From NCBI GenBank assembly GCA_040285745.1, contig JAUFOR010000006.1, positions 62,001-126,000 on the forward strand: a stretch of 64,000 nt of DNA. The letters run 5' to 3'. Below are positions 19,103 through 28,924 of this stretch, in pieces (position 1 is the stretch's first letter; the number at the start of each line of letters is the position of its first letter). The DNA is from Barthelona sp. PCE. Its lineage: Eukaryota. The translations under genes and the position numbers were made by a program. A model generated the notes under the pieces. The model made no database searches. It worked only from the letters and a program-made list of their open reading frames with translations, and was not told where the DNA came from.

Positions 19103-21112
19103 TCACACATCATTGCGTATCGTCCAAAAATTGAATTCTGGCTTAATAGCACGTTCTAACTTGCTTCGAACAGCCTTCAAAAGACTTCGTTTTGTCGAAC
19201 TCAGTTGCAAAAAGTATCTTGAAGTTTGTGGAGACACATGATTGGTGTATCGAAGTGAAAGTAAGCGTGAATCGAACTTAGCAGTAAGCTTTGGTAGGAC
19301 AAACATCCCACCAGGAGTTACCGATCCCCAGGCATCGAGATCTAACACACTCATGAAGAGCTTGTGTACATCATTGGGTGCGTACCTGTGAAAAACGAAT
19401 GGATCGCTAGTGTACACCGCTAAACGCCCACAACTCGAGCAGAGAGATTTCAGACGATCAGCTACAAGTGCGAGAAACTCACCAACAATGAGTGTATCGA
19501 CCTGCACAAACATGAAGATTGAAGGTAAACGTGGACCTCGATAGCAATTAGGAACAGCAATGCCGTTACACCATTCTCGGATTCCTACAATGCTCCTCGA
19601 ACGAGTGATGAGCATAGTGCCAACGTGTATTTCAGGCACTACGTCATCAACCCGTTTTATCAGAACATTCAACAATTCCTTAACTTTTTCATTAAATACA
19701 TGTGTCTGAGCATTTGGTGCCCCATACATGGTCTCAGAAGCCTCCAACTGTAGCAATACAGTGCGTTGATATGAGAAATTGTGGATAGAAAAAAAATGTG
19801 AGAGAATTTCTACTTGAAGAGTACTGGGATTTAACCCACTATCGAATACGCTCATTTGCTCCTCATTCCACTGTCGAGAAGGCATCATGCGAGATGCAGG
19901 AGAACACTCATATACAAAAGCACCAACTCCAGCCTTGCGAAAGGCGCGACATTGGCGTCGGATAGAGTTTAGTTTTCGTGATGACGTCCCGTAATGGATG
20001 TCTCCAAACTCAGTGCATACAATAGGAAGTGATATACCAGCTCTTCTTGCTGTCTCTGCGTGATGCGTGATGACGTCATACACAGATGGGGCAATGATAG
20101 AAACTGGTTTGTAAAAGTGAAATGCATAAACTAGCTGGTCACACAAATGTGGAAATGCAAGAAGCGCGCTGCGGAGAGGCTGTGGATCAATACCAACTGG
20201 AGAACACAAATAAGAGTCTGTGGGAAATGGCTCTATCAGAAAGAGGGGGCGTTTCTTCCATTTCTCACTGTGTAACCGTTCTCCTTGTAGAGACATCACG
20301 TCGCACAGTACTGTTTGATAAAAGGCACTGAGTTTGTGACTGATAAGAGAATTGTTTGAGAAAACGAAACGGAAATGATACATATCATCAAAAAGAGGCT
20401 CGTTGAGCACCTCAAATCCAACAAGACCGCGTGGTTTTCGGCACATTAAGGTATCCACCATATACGAAAAGAATTCAGAAAACCGCTCTTGAATACACCA
20501 TCTGTTATCAAAAAAATATCTCCATATCCGTTTCTGATGCTTTGAATCTACAAAACGGCGAGAAAAGGAATCTGCGGACATGGGCCACATATGCGTGCTG
20601 TACTTTGGAATTTTGTGAGTAGGCATCAAGTTTTGCAAAGAAACAGAAGCAGGAAGACATCTTACATCCGCTTTGAGACGTCCGTGTTGGACCATGCTCT
20701 GGTACTCATCAGGCAGGGCGTGGTCTGGAAAACCACAACCGCCCAATCTTCGTGAGTACAGATCACAGTGGACATCAACAAAACTGATAATGTCGTATTT
20801 GGCTGCTATCTCGATGTGACGTGCCAGGTCCTCAAGATATGCGTTGTTGTAGCGGTGTCTATTCGGTTCAATATCTTCCCAGGTTACTAACCATCGAATG
20901 GAATTATATCCCAACATTGAAAGCTTTTTAATACATATTTCCGCATCAATGGCGCCGAATGGAGAGTATTCCGTGCTATGCGGGGGATAAAAACTTGGAT
21001 CCTGATACACAGAGGGGAGATTCTTAGCGTTTGAAGAACAATTAATCCCAATTAACAAAGAAAGCATGCCCGGGTGGAAATCATCCACAAAACAGCCCGT
21101 TTCAACAGGCAT
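19103..21112 (-). CDS. Glycoside hydrolase family 5 (endoglycoceramidase-like)
   Basis: R...TWEDIEP, DVHCD..SR..GG.GFP, catalytic LNEP, HFY and TEFG motifs. Confidence 0.82.
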   Translation of the reverse strand: MPVETGCFVDDFHPGMLSLLIGINCSSNAKNLPSVYQDPSFYPPHSTEYSPFGAIDAEICIKKLSMLGYNSIRWLVTWEDIEPNRHRYNNAYLEDLARHIEIAAKYDIISFVDVHCDLYSRRLGGCGFPDHALPDEYQSMVQHGRLKADVRCLPASVSLQNLMPTHKIPKYSTHMWPMSADSFSRRFVDSKHQKRIWRYFFDNRWCIQERFSEFFSYMVDTLMCRKPRGLVGFEVLNEPLFDDMYHFRFVFSNNSLISHKLSAFYQTVLCDVMSLQGERLHSEKWKKRPLFLIEPFPTDSYLCSPVGIDPQPLRSALLAFPHLCDQLVYAFHFYKPVSIIAPSVYDVITHHAETARRAGISLPIVCTEFGDIHYGTSSRKLNSIRRQCRAFRKAGVGAFVYECSPASRMMPSRQWNEEQMSVFDSGLNPSTLQVEILSHFFSIHNFSYQRTVLLQLEASETMYGAPNAQTHVFNEKVKELLNVLIKRVDDVVPEIHVGTMLITRSRSIVGIREWCNGIAVPNCYRGPRLPSIFMFVQVDTLIVGEFLALVADRLKSLCSSCGRLAVYTSDPFVFHRYAPNDVHKLFMSVLDLDAWGSVTPGGMFVLPKLTAKFDSRLLSLRYTNHVSPQTSRYFLQLSSTKRSLLKAVRSKLERAIKPEFNFWTIRNDV

Positions 21113-21150
21113 ATTATAGAATAAGCCCGATAAAAGAAAATCGCGAACTT

Positions 21151-22026
21151 TTACTGGAATGTTAAGCTAAAACTTGGTGAAAATGATTGATTGTCGAATA
21201 CTACAGCGCCAGCACGAAGAAGCAACTTTTTAACCTTCTGCTCAACAACAAACTCAATTTGTGTTTCAACATCTTCAAAACTTTCACCAATAATATAATC
21301 ATCAACCTCAACCCCCACAGTCAGCCTTGTGCTCTTCAAGGGGGCAAAAGTCGCCTTTGTTTGTAGAGAAATCGTACCAAGAAGTAAATCATAAATTGTT
21401 GATGTCTTTGCGCTGATACGTCCTTGGTGAATCATGGAACTGGTGTGTAGACACATGTCGCTGTCAATGGTGGTACATACAATCTGATGATCGTCTTTAA
21501 AACCAATGCCTCCCATCCAATTACCAGAAAAGTCAATTTCACCACCAATGTATGCTTGACCAAAGTATTTGTTCTTACGAATAGGAAGAAGTCCAGATAC
21601 ATAGAAAGGAGTGGACGTTTCATCTTCATGACTCTCTTCATGGTCAAGTGGCATAGAAATAAACGGCATATTGACACCGACACTTACGTTAGCATCGTTT
21701 CTGAATGGATGCACGGAGCACACTATGCCACTGTTGTCGGCTACAGCGTTGGGGCCAACTAAACCGTCATAAGCAATACGTAATTTGAGAAAATCTTTAA
21801 AAGTTGTTGTTAAATTGGAGTTTAGTGTATAAAAACCACTTAGTGTACCTGAAAAGCATGTGTAGTTGCTGTTTTTATCGTCTTGATGAACAGCGCAATC
21901 GAGTGAATCTGGGCTGAATGAGGAAAACTGTTTGAGTGTTTGGGGTGTTGTAAACGGTTTATATGTGTTACTCGAACACCGTTTAGGCTTGAACAGCTTC
22001 TTAAGCTTCTTAAAACTCTTGAACAT
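21151..22026 (-). CDS. Putative eukaryotic porin-type beta-barrel (Tom40/VDAC-like)
   Basis: 291 aa; many short amphipathic alternating strands; ends in a terminal beta strand (PSFSLTFQ). ORF is secure, function is tentative. Confidence 0.4.
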   Translation of the reverse strand: MFKSFKKLKKLFKPKRCSSNTYKPFTTPQTLKQFSSFSPDSLDCAVHQDDKNSNYTCFSGTLSGFYTLNSNLTTTFKDFLKLRIAYDGLVGPNAVADNSGIVCSVHPFRNDANVSVGVNMPFISMPLDHEESHEDETSTPFYVSGLLPIRKNKYFGQAYIGGEIDFSGNWMGGIGFKDDHQIVCTTIDSDMCLHTSSMIHQGRISAKTSTIYDLLLGTISLQTKATFAPLKSTRLTVGVEVDDYIIGESFEDVETQIEFVVEQKVKKLLLRAGAVVFDNQSFSPSFSLTFQ

Positions 22027-22176
22027 ATGTGAAGGAGGCAATTTATATAAGAGCACAAATTTACTTTTCTAGTTCCTGTAAAAAATGCTGTTAAATGTCA
22101 CGTTTGGCAACGAAAACAGACAAATCTTCAACATTTTTTGGTATATTCAGTCAACAAAACATAAAACCACAAAATT

Positions 22177-25100
22177 TTACTTGTTGTTACGAGCCTTTAA
22201 TGCTTGTGCTTTCCTCAACAAAGAAGCGATGCGATATCTTCTCTTCTCATCGGGTGATAAAGCTCCTAAATTACTTTCAATGATTCTATTCTCAGCATCT
22301 AAATCTAAGAATTTTTTTGGAGTTTTCAAAGGAGAAGCACGTTTTTCACGCAACTTGCGCAATCTTGCAGATCCCCTACCATCAGGAACACCATATTGTG
22401 ATCTGATAGGTGAGGCGTGATCGTTAATAATCTCTTCTTGCAGGCTAGGGATGTTTAACTCATTATGCAGTTGAATTTCAAGGTCTGAAGGCTTGGTTAT
22501 GCCCTCAATGTTATCAATAGTGACATCCGGGGTTAATAGCGAGCGTTTCTTTGGACTAAAAACTTTCATCGAATGATACTGTCGCATAAGGTTATCTGTG
22601 AGTGAGGCGAGCTGCTCATGGCGCTGCTGGGCACTCACACGGGTGCGGAAACCTGAATCTTTCTCAATGAATTTGGATTCAAGTACTTCCTTTCTCTTTG
22701 GCTTAGCTTCATCGATGGGCTTCTTTTCAGACTTATTTCCAAAAATCATTCCGGCTTGTTGTACAAGCTTATTGCGGAATGATGATTCAAGGTTGTCTAC
22801 ATACAAAATTTCATCTTCATCTTCTTCACCTATATCTTCTTTTTCCATGCTTTTAACGCTCTCACTCTTCTCATCTTCAACCTGTGTAATGATCTCATCA
22901 TCCTTTTTACGTGCTTCTTTTGCCTCTAACATCATTATATCATCAATGTCCAGCATGTTCACACGAGTTGTTTCAGGGGAGTACATTGGATACTCAGTCG
23001 TTGAATGCATAGGCATCGGTGTAGGTTGCATGTTATCACTTTCCGGTTCTAAAGGATTGATGTCAACAGATAAAAAATGATAATCTCCATATTCTTCATC
23101 AGAAATTTCATCTTTAAATGCTAAAATTGGTCCTCCACGGGTAGGACTGCCAACTGGCTTTGCAGGTGATGTGACAACGATTTCATCATTATAGGGAATT
23201 GAAAAAGAACTAAAACTATCAGGGATTGAACCTCCAGTTTCTTCTATCTCACCATGAAAACTTAAAGTAGAAGCCTCACTGACGTTATTACTAATATCAG
23301 CAGATCTTCCATGAGATAAAAGCTCTGTAGCAGTCAGAAGACCTACTTCTTCATCATAGTTAGCAACAACTCGACTTGGTTCAGCTACACTAAGATCACT
23401 CTCCTCATCAACAGCTTCACTGCTATCAGTACTAATATTATCATCAACCTCAACCTCAACATCAACCTCATCGTCAGTTTCAGTGTCGGTGCCGGTGTCG
23501 GTGTGGGTAGACTCCATTAATCTAGATTCTACTTCACCATCACTTTCAACAAATACCCTTGAAACAACCTTATTCATTTCAGCGTTCAGAGACTGCACTT
23601 CTTCTGCATTAATAGAGTCCATTACACCAAACGTTAAGGGGGCAGCCTCCATGATACTTAACCCATCAGAAAGTTCATCTTCACTGCTTGTAACATCAAC
23701 ATACTCATACTTCATCAGAGACTCGTTCAATTGTTTAGTTTCTCGATCTAACTCCTCACGTAGCACGGACGATTTGCTGTCGTAACGGGTGATCCCAAAC
23801 GTGTGAGGGGCTGCTGCCATGATACTATCCATATCATCGTTGGGATCTTCGTTTTCTGAATCATACTCGCTATCATACTCGCTATCATACTCAATGAGTG
23901 CATCACTGTTTTCATCATGCTCATCATTCAAATTCTTATTCGCAGTGGTTTCAAGCGCGGCTTCAAGGCTAGCTGGGAGGTCGACTTCATCATCATCATC
24001 ATCGATTTCATGATAAGTTTCTGGTTCGCTGTCATAAACATCATTTTCTTCAAAATAAAAATTTTCAATTAGCTCTGTAACTAAGGGCTCAGCATTCTCA
24101 ATGTCATCATGAGTGTCATCATGAATATAACTTTCAGTACTAACGTTATCCTCAATATCCTTAAAATCATCTTCATTAACAATAACCTCATCTACAACAT
24201 CATTAGTATCGTCATCTTTAATAATATCTTCATTTTCAACAGCACTGATATCATCATAAGTTTCATCATTTTCAACAATAACCTCATCTTTAACATCATT
24301 GATATCTTGGTCTTTAACATCAACGATATCATCACTAATATCATCATTTTTAACAATATCCTCATCTTGAACAATAACAACATCATTGATATGATCTTCA
24401 ACAATAACAACATCATTGATATGATCTTCAACAGCAGGTTCAAAAACCTCATCAACTATCTCTTCCACCATTTCTTCAGTAACAGGCACCTCCACTGCAT
24501 CAACAGGCTCAGGTTGTGCAGGTATTTCCTGTGTTGAGAACACCAAACCTACGTCTACTGGTACAACCTCCTCTGCAATCTCGATGGGATCAGACTCAAA
24601 TTCAGAGGTTTCAATCTCTTCAGGGACAAAGTAATCACTCGAATCATACTCGTCAGTGGATAGCATTGTATCAATTGCATTCAATGTGTCCATCAACTCA
24701 TCGATCTCACTTGCATCTAGGCTTTCATCTGTCTCACTATCGGTAAGCGCCTCATCCTCGTCATAGTGTGGAATGTGCACCGCGTGCAACGTCTGGGACT
24801 TGATTGTTGATGACGTCAGCACTCGAACATAATCCTCTTCCTCCATAGAATCTGTTTCAAATTCGCTGCTGCTCTCCTCTGATTCAGTAGCTGGCTTATC
24901 AATTGGCTCATCAATCGGTTCAGTAGCTGGCTCAGTAGCTGGCTCAACAAAGGTTTCTTCCTGGCGAGTTGGTGTTTGAGTTTCAACAGTAAACCTTTCA
25001 GTTGCTTCGGTACCAGTCTCGCGTGTTTCCTTTTTAGAAGGTGTTACAGGCACCTCTTCCACCACTTTGGACTGTTTGACAGGAGATATTTCAGCATTAG

Positions 25101-25746
25101 TATATCTAAAATCATGGAAAAATTTCTCAAGGTTATCAATATGTTGCTTCTGTTTCTCAATGGAATGATGAATTTCCTCAACGTTCTGCCCGTCAAAGAA
25201 GCGGAGAGACGGTGCCATTGCAATAACAAACTCTCTTAAACGATTAGAATTAGTAACAGGGCATCCAGAAAGCGTGAGAAAACGCAAGGATTCGGTCTTT
25301 CCAAGGACATGTAGCTGGCGCATTGAAGACAGTGCATTGTTACCCAGAATTAGGATTTCTAAGTCCTCCGGTAACTTATCCAGTTCATTCAACTGATTAG
25401 AATGAACACGGAGCTCTTGAAGGTTTTTTAGATGATCTAAATGTGTAATTTTCCTCAAATCGTTAAAATTGCATGAAAGTACCCTTAAAGATTGCGGCAA
25501 AAGGTTGCAGTTTAAAGTTGTGAGTAAATTGTGATCTAGGTATAATTCTTTCAAATTTAGCCTCCTGATATCGGGGGTTTGGGTAAGGTTACAGCGATCC
25601 AGAAACAGAACTTTGATAGAATCGATTTTTGTGTGAGATGCTCGCGCAATCAGCTGCAGAATCCTGTTATGGTGTTTTGACAGGTCTGTACCTGATAAAA
25701 CACAGTGCTGGCTGTCATTAAGCACAGAATCTAACTGTCTTAACAT
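22177..25746 (-). CDS. LRR protein with long acidic low-complexity region
   Basis: N-terminal LxxLxLxxNxL repeats with LRRcap (REFVIAMAPSLRFFDG); D/E-rich central ~700 aa. Confidence 0.8.
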   Translation of the reverse strand: MLRQLDSVLNDSQHCVLSGTDLSKHHNRILQLIARASHTKIDSIKVLFLDRCNLTQTPDIRRLNLKELYLDHNLLTTLNCNLLPQSLRVLSCNFNDLRKITHLDHLKNLQELRVHSNQLNELDKLPEDLEILILGNNALSSMRQLHVLGKTESLRFLTLSGCPVTNSNRLREFVIAMAPSLRFFDGQNVEEIHHSIEKQKQHIDNLEKFFHDFRYTNAEISPVKQSKVVEEVPVTPSKKETRETGTEATERFTVETQTPTRQEETFVEPATEPATEPIDEPIDKPATESEESSSEFETDSMEEEDYVRVLTSSTIKSQTLHAVHIPHYDEDEALTDSETDESLDASEIDELMDTLNAIDTMLSTDEYDSSDYFVPEEIETSEFESDPIEIAEEVVPVDVGLVFSTQEIPAQPEPVDAVEVPVTEEMVEEIVDEVFEPAVEDHINDVVIVEDHINDVVIVQDEDIVKNDDISDDIVDVKDQDINDVKDEVIVENDETYDDISAVENEDIIKDDDTNDVVDEVIVNEDDFKDIEDNVSTESYIHDDTHDDIENAEPLVTELIENFYFEENDVYDSEPETYHEIDDDDDEVDLPASLEAALETTANKNLNDEHDENSDALIEYDSEYDSEYDSENEDPNDDMDSIMAAAPHTFGITRYDSKSSVLREELDRETKQLNESLMKYEYVDVTSSEDELSDGLSIMEAAPLTFGVMDSINAEEVQSLNAEMNKVVSRVFVESDGEVESRLMESTHTDTGTDTETDDEVDVEVEVDDNISTDSSEAVDEESDLSVAEPSRVVANYDEEVGLLTATELLSHGRSADISNNVSEASTLSFHGEIEETGGSIPDSFSSFSIPYNDEIVVTSPAKPVGSPTRGGPILAFKDEISDEEYGDYHFLSVDINPLEPESDNMQPTPMPMHSTTEYPMYSPETTRVNMLDIDDIMMLEAKEARKKDDEIITQVEDEKSESVKSMEKEDIGEEDEDEILYVDNLESSFRNKLVQQAGMIFGNKSEKKPIDEAKPKRKEVLESKFIEKDSGFRTRVSAQQRHEQLASLTDNLMRQYHSMKVFSPKKRSLLTPDVTIDNIEGITKPSDLEIQLHNELNIPSLQEEIINDHASPIRSQYGVPDGRGSARLRKLREKRASPLKTPKKFLDLDAENRIIESNLGALSPDEKRRYRIASLLRKAQALKARNNK
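24371..24430. repeat. Perfect 30-bp tandem duplication inside the acidic CDS region
   Basis: ACAATAACAACATCATTGATATGATCTTCA x2, encoding EDHINDVVIV twice. Confidence 0.9.
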
Positions 25747-25823
25747 AGAAAAGAGTTGTATTTGGTTAAACGACCTCTTTCAACTAATTTCTTACTGAGC
25801 TATTTTACAAAGGGGATTTACAG

Positions 25824-26801
25824 ATGGATGTAGAACTCTCTGGAACGTTCTTAGCTAAAATGAGAATTGGATCTCAACAGTACACTGAAAGTACTGCATA
25901 TATTAATTCTTTGCACTTTCATAGAGAGGGAGGACACCTTGTTAGTTGCTCAGACGACGATTTCATTAGAGTACATGATTGTTTATCGGGTATTGAACAT
26001 CAAATTTTTACAAGTGATAAGTATGGATGTAGATTTGGTAAATTTCTAGCCTCACCAGATGAGATCATTATGGCAAGCACAAGGAGTGGGCATGATTTAC
26101 GTGTATTATCACCTGAAACATCAGAATTTACACGATTTTTAAGTGGTCATACGATGGGTGTTTTGAGTTTAGACGTGTTTAATGACATCACAACCATCAT
26201 ATCCACATCACAAGACAGGACAGTACGGCTATGGGACCTTCGTGTTGACCGTGGATCTATAGGAAAAATTTCAGTTGGTGGATCCAGTGTAGCAGCATGT
26301 TCTCCTGATGGAGAAAGATTTGCAGTAGCACTTTCAGAGGGCGGCATAGCGATATATGACCGTAGGAATCCAAGTAATGGTCCAATGAGTTATTTTGATT
26401 TTAGTCTTGAACACACATCACAAATTGTAGGTGCTAAGTTCTCACCAAACTCACAGGCGTTGCTACTTACGGGCACAGAAGGCTATCATGTGCTTTATAA
26501 CATAGAGACAGGTGGAAAAGTTTTAGAAGTTGAGAAACCATTAATGGCATTTAGCACAAATGATAAATTTGTTACAGGAGCAGAATTTTCACCCGACAAT
26601 AAGTTCTTATTGATTGGGCGACATAAATCTATTGCCATATTCCCTTGGCCTGATAGTATTCAATCATTATCGAAACCAGAGCCATTCGGTAACCTTGTAG
26701 GACACCAAGGGATGGTGTGGAATGTAGGATTTAATCCTAAATATGCAATGTTTGCTTCTGCAGCTAATGATTTGTGTTTATGGGTACCACCACAAATTTA
26801 G
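25824..26801 (+). CDS. WDR82: WD40 protein WDR82/Swd2 (COMPASS subunit)
   Basis: INSLHF...CSDDD.I..HDC..G...S.KYG, RFLSGH, D.TVRLWDLR, FNPKYAMFASA...L.LW.P. Confidence 0.85.
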   Translation: MDVELSGTFLAKMRIGSQQYTESTAYINSLHFHREGGHLVSCSDDDFIRVHDCLSGIEHQIFTSDKYGCRFGKFLASPDEIIMASTRSGHDLRVLSPETSEFTRFLSGHTMGVLSLDVFNDITTIISTSQDRTVRLWDLRVDRGSIGKISVGGSSVAACSPDGERFAVALSEGGIAIYDRRNPSNGPMSYFDFSLEHTSQIVGAKFSPNSQALLLTGTEGYHVLYNIETGGKVLEVEKPLMAFSTNDKFVTGAEFSPDNKFLLIGRHKSIAIFPWPDSIQSLSKPEPFGNLVGHQGMVWNVGFNPKYAMFASAANDLCLWVPPQI

Positions 26802-26919
26802 TCATATTTAAGTTATATAAAATGCAAGTGTAGCAGTGAATTTATTCAATAATATAATAAAAACAAGAAAATGGAAGTATTCCAGGTTTATTCATCATGG
26901 AAGTTTGTGCATAACCAAA

Positions 26920-27486
26920 TTAGTTGGTCTCGTTGCCACGGACACGGGCCTGAGCGTTGGTAACGTAGATACCCCATTCCTTAGCGGCCTTGATAATCTC
27001 GACGCGCTTCTTGGCACTGACAGCGTGAGCAATCTCAGCAGAACAGATCTCAGTGTTGGTCTTGAGGACAGCGAGGTCCTTGACGTTGTGGACAACGAAT
27101 CTGTACAAACCGTTGGGAGCAAGATACTTAGTCTTCTTATCACTACCGAAACCAATGGAAACGTGCTTGCAACCGACTCCGCGGAAACGTCTTCTGAAGG
27201 CACCATCAATACCGTGAGGCTTTCTCCAGGAGGACTAAATGTGAGTATAATGAAAAAATATAACTGAACAGAACTATTTCTACACTTCAAAACCAAGATA
27301 TATCGCCCTTTCAAGGCAGGTATGTGCGTATGATATGAAGCAATAACCCGATTTGCAATGAGATATAGAAAAAAGTTCTTTCTTGACTTAACATACACCT
27401 ACACGCATAAATCTGTCAGATTGGAAGCGTTTGAAAGCGGCGGTGCGCTTCTTGACAATCTTTTTGGTGTTTGATGACTTAACCAT
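26920..27486 (-). CDS. RPL32: 60S ribosomal protein L32 (eL32), 2 exons (27486-27397, 27234-26920)
   Basis: Spliced product MVKSSNTKKIVKKRTAAFKRFQSDRFMRVG|SSWRKPHGIDGAFRRRFRG...IGFGSDKKTKY...AEIAHAVSAKKR, 134 aa. Confidence 0.95.
27235..27396 (-). other. Spliceosomal intron (162 nt) in RPL32
   Basis: GTATGT...ACTCACATTTAG; phase 0; removal restores the eL32 reading frame. Confidence 0.92.
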
Positions 27487-28924
27487 GGAAATAAAAGAAT
27501 GAAACTGAAAAGGAGCATTTCAGTATTATTTACTTAGTATGTATACATGTAATATTGGGAACAAAGTCATACAGCATAATGAATGGTGGGAATACGCAAT
27601 ATATCGCAAAAACAAAAAGCTTTCAAGTCATATCCCTATTCTGCAGCCATATTTACCAATTTAGTTAATCTCATGTCAACTTTTGATGTTGAACACTGGT
27701 TATCAAACCATGAATTGTTGAAGAGCAGGATAAATCGAATTTCAGGTTGGTTCAACGGTTAGTCTTATTTTGAGGTAGACCAAGATGAGATCTTAAGAGT
27801 GATGCCAGCCCAAAAGATGTTGAAATTAGCTATATATTCAATATCGAAAACCTGCTTGCACACGTTGGGAATCTTCCTTGAAAAGGTGATTCTACTATGC
27901 TTTGTAATGATAAACATCCGCGAATAGCGTGTTCATCATCATAAAAAGTGTATGAAACAGAAGGAGTTGGTGTGAATACCAAAATATGAAATTGGTTCTC
28001 AACCTATACAGTGACTCCGATGATTGATGTATCCCACGAAAAAAGTAAAATAAATGGTTTTTGTACCGTTTTTATTATGATTTATCGAAACAAGACAATA
28101 TTGTAAAGAATGGCGAAAAAACGGAGTAAGCCAATGACTAGAGCGATTACTTGCTCTTCTTCTTCATCAGACGTCTAAAAGTTAGGCTATATTGTTGTGA
28201 AAAAATGCTTCATACCTCTTGCGCTTTCTAGCTCTCATTCTCTTCTTTAACCACTTAGCACGCATTATATATAAACCTATAAATGTTAGTAAAGGGTAAT
28301 AAATATAAACTGGAACAGAAATGGTAAAACATTGTTACTGGTAAACTGTCTGCACTTTCCTACAGCCCTCACGTGCGTATTCCGGAGTGACAGTACCTAG
28401 ATGATGATCCAATATGATTTCACATACAAAGCAAGTTATATAAGCAAATAGAAGCTGTTACATCTTAGAAAGCATACGCCAATGTTCAAGATGGGGTAAA
28501 TCCAGGGTACAGGCGGTTTAATGCGCTCCACTACCCTCAATAATAAGATTCTGTTTGCCCGCATTTTTTTTTCTACATTTTGTTGTGTTTTGTAAATTAA
28601 TTACATGTTTAAGATATCAAACTATTGTTTTATCATGGCTAAACAATGAGAAATTCACTTTATTCAGTATAAATGTAAATAAAGCATATATAACTGCGTG
28701 ATTACAGTATCAGATCTTTATAATGCGTACATAAGAGCAATATAGTCATATTCACCTTTTAAAATACATACTTGTTGTCAATTCTTTTAGTTTCCAATAC
28801 TTTCCTGGATTATGGACATTACCTTCATATTAGTGATTTTTATTGCATATTAGCAACCTGATGTGGACTTATGGTGGATCTTACCCAGAGAATAGTTTGT
28901 TTGTTTTCTTTCTACCTCAAACAG

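Noticed and set aside
23860-24537. Short tandem repeats and I/N- or M/L/K-rich alternative-frame ORFs
   Set aside because: These are low-complexity coding repeats of the acidic LRR protein, not a CRISPR array or separate genes.
26895-27398. 167-aa minus-strand ORF in the track
   Set aside because: It reads through the RPL32 intron into a wrong frame; the spliced eL32 explains the locus.
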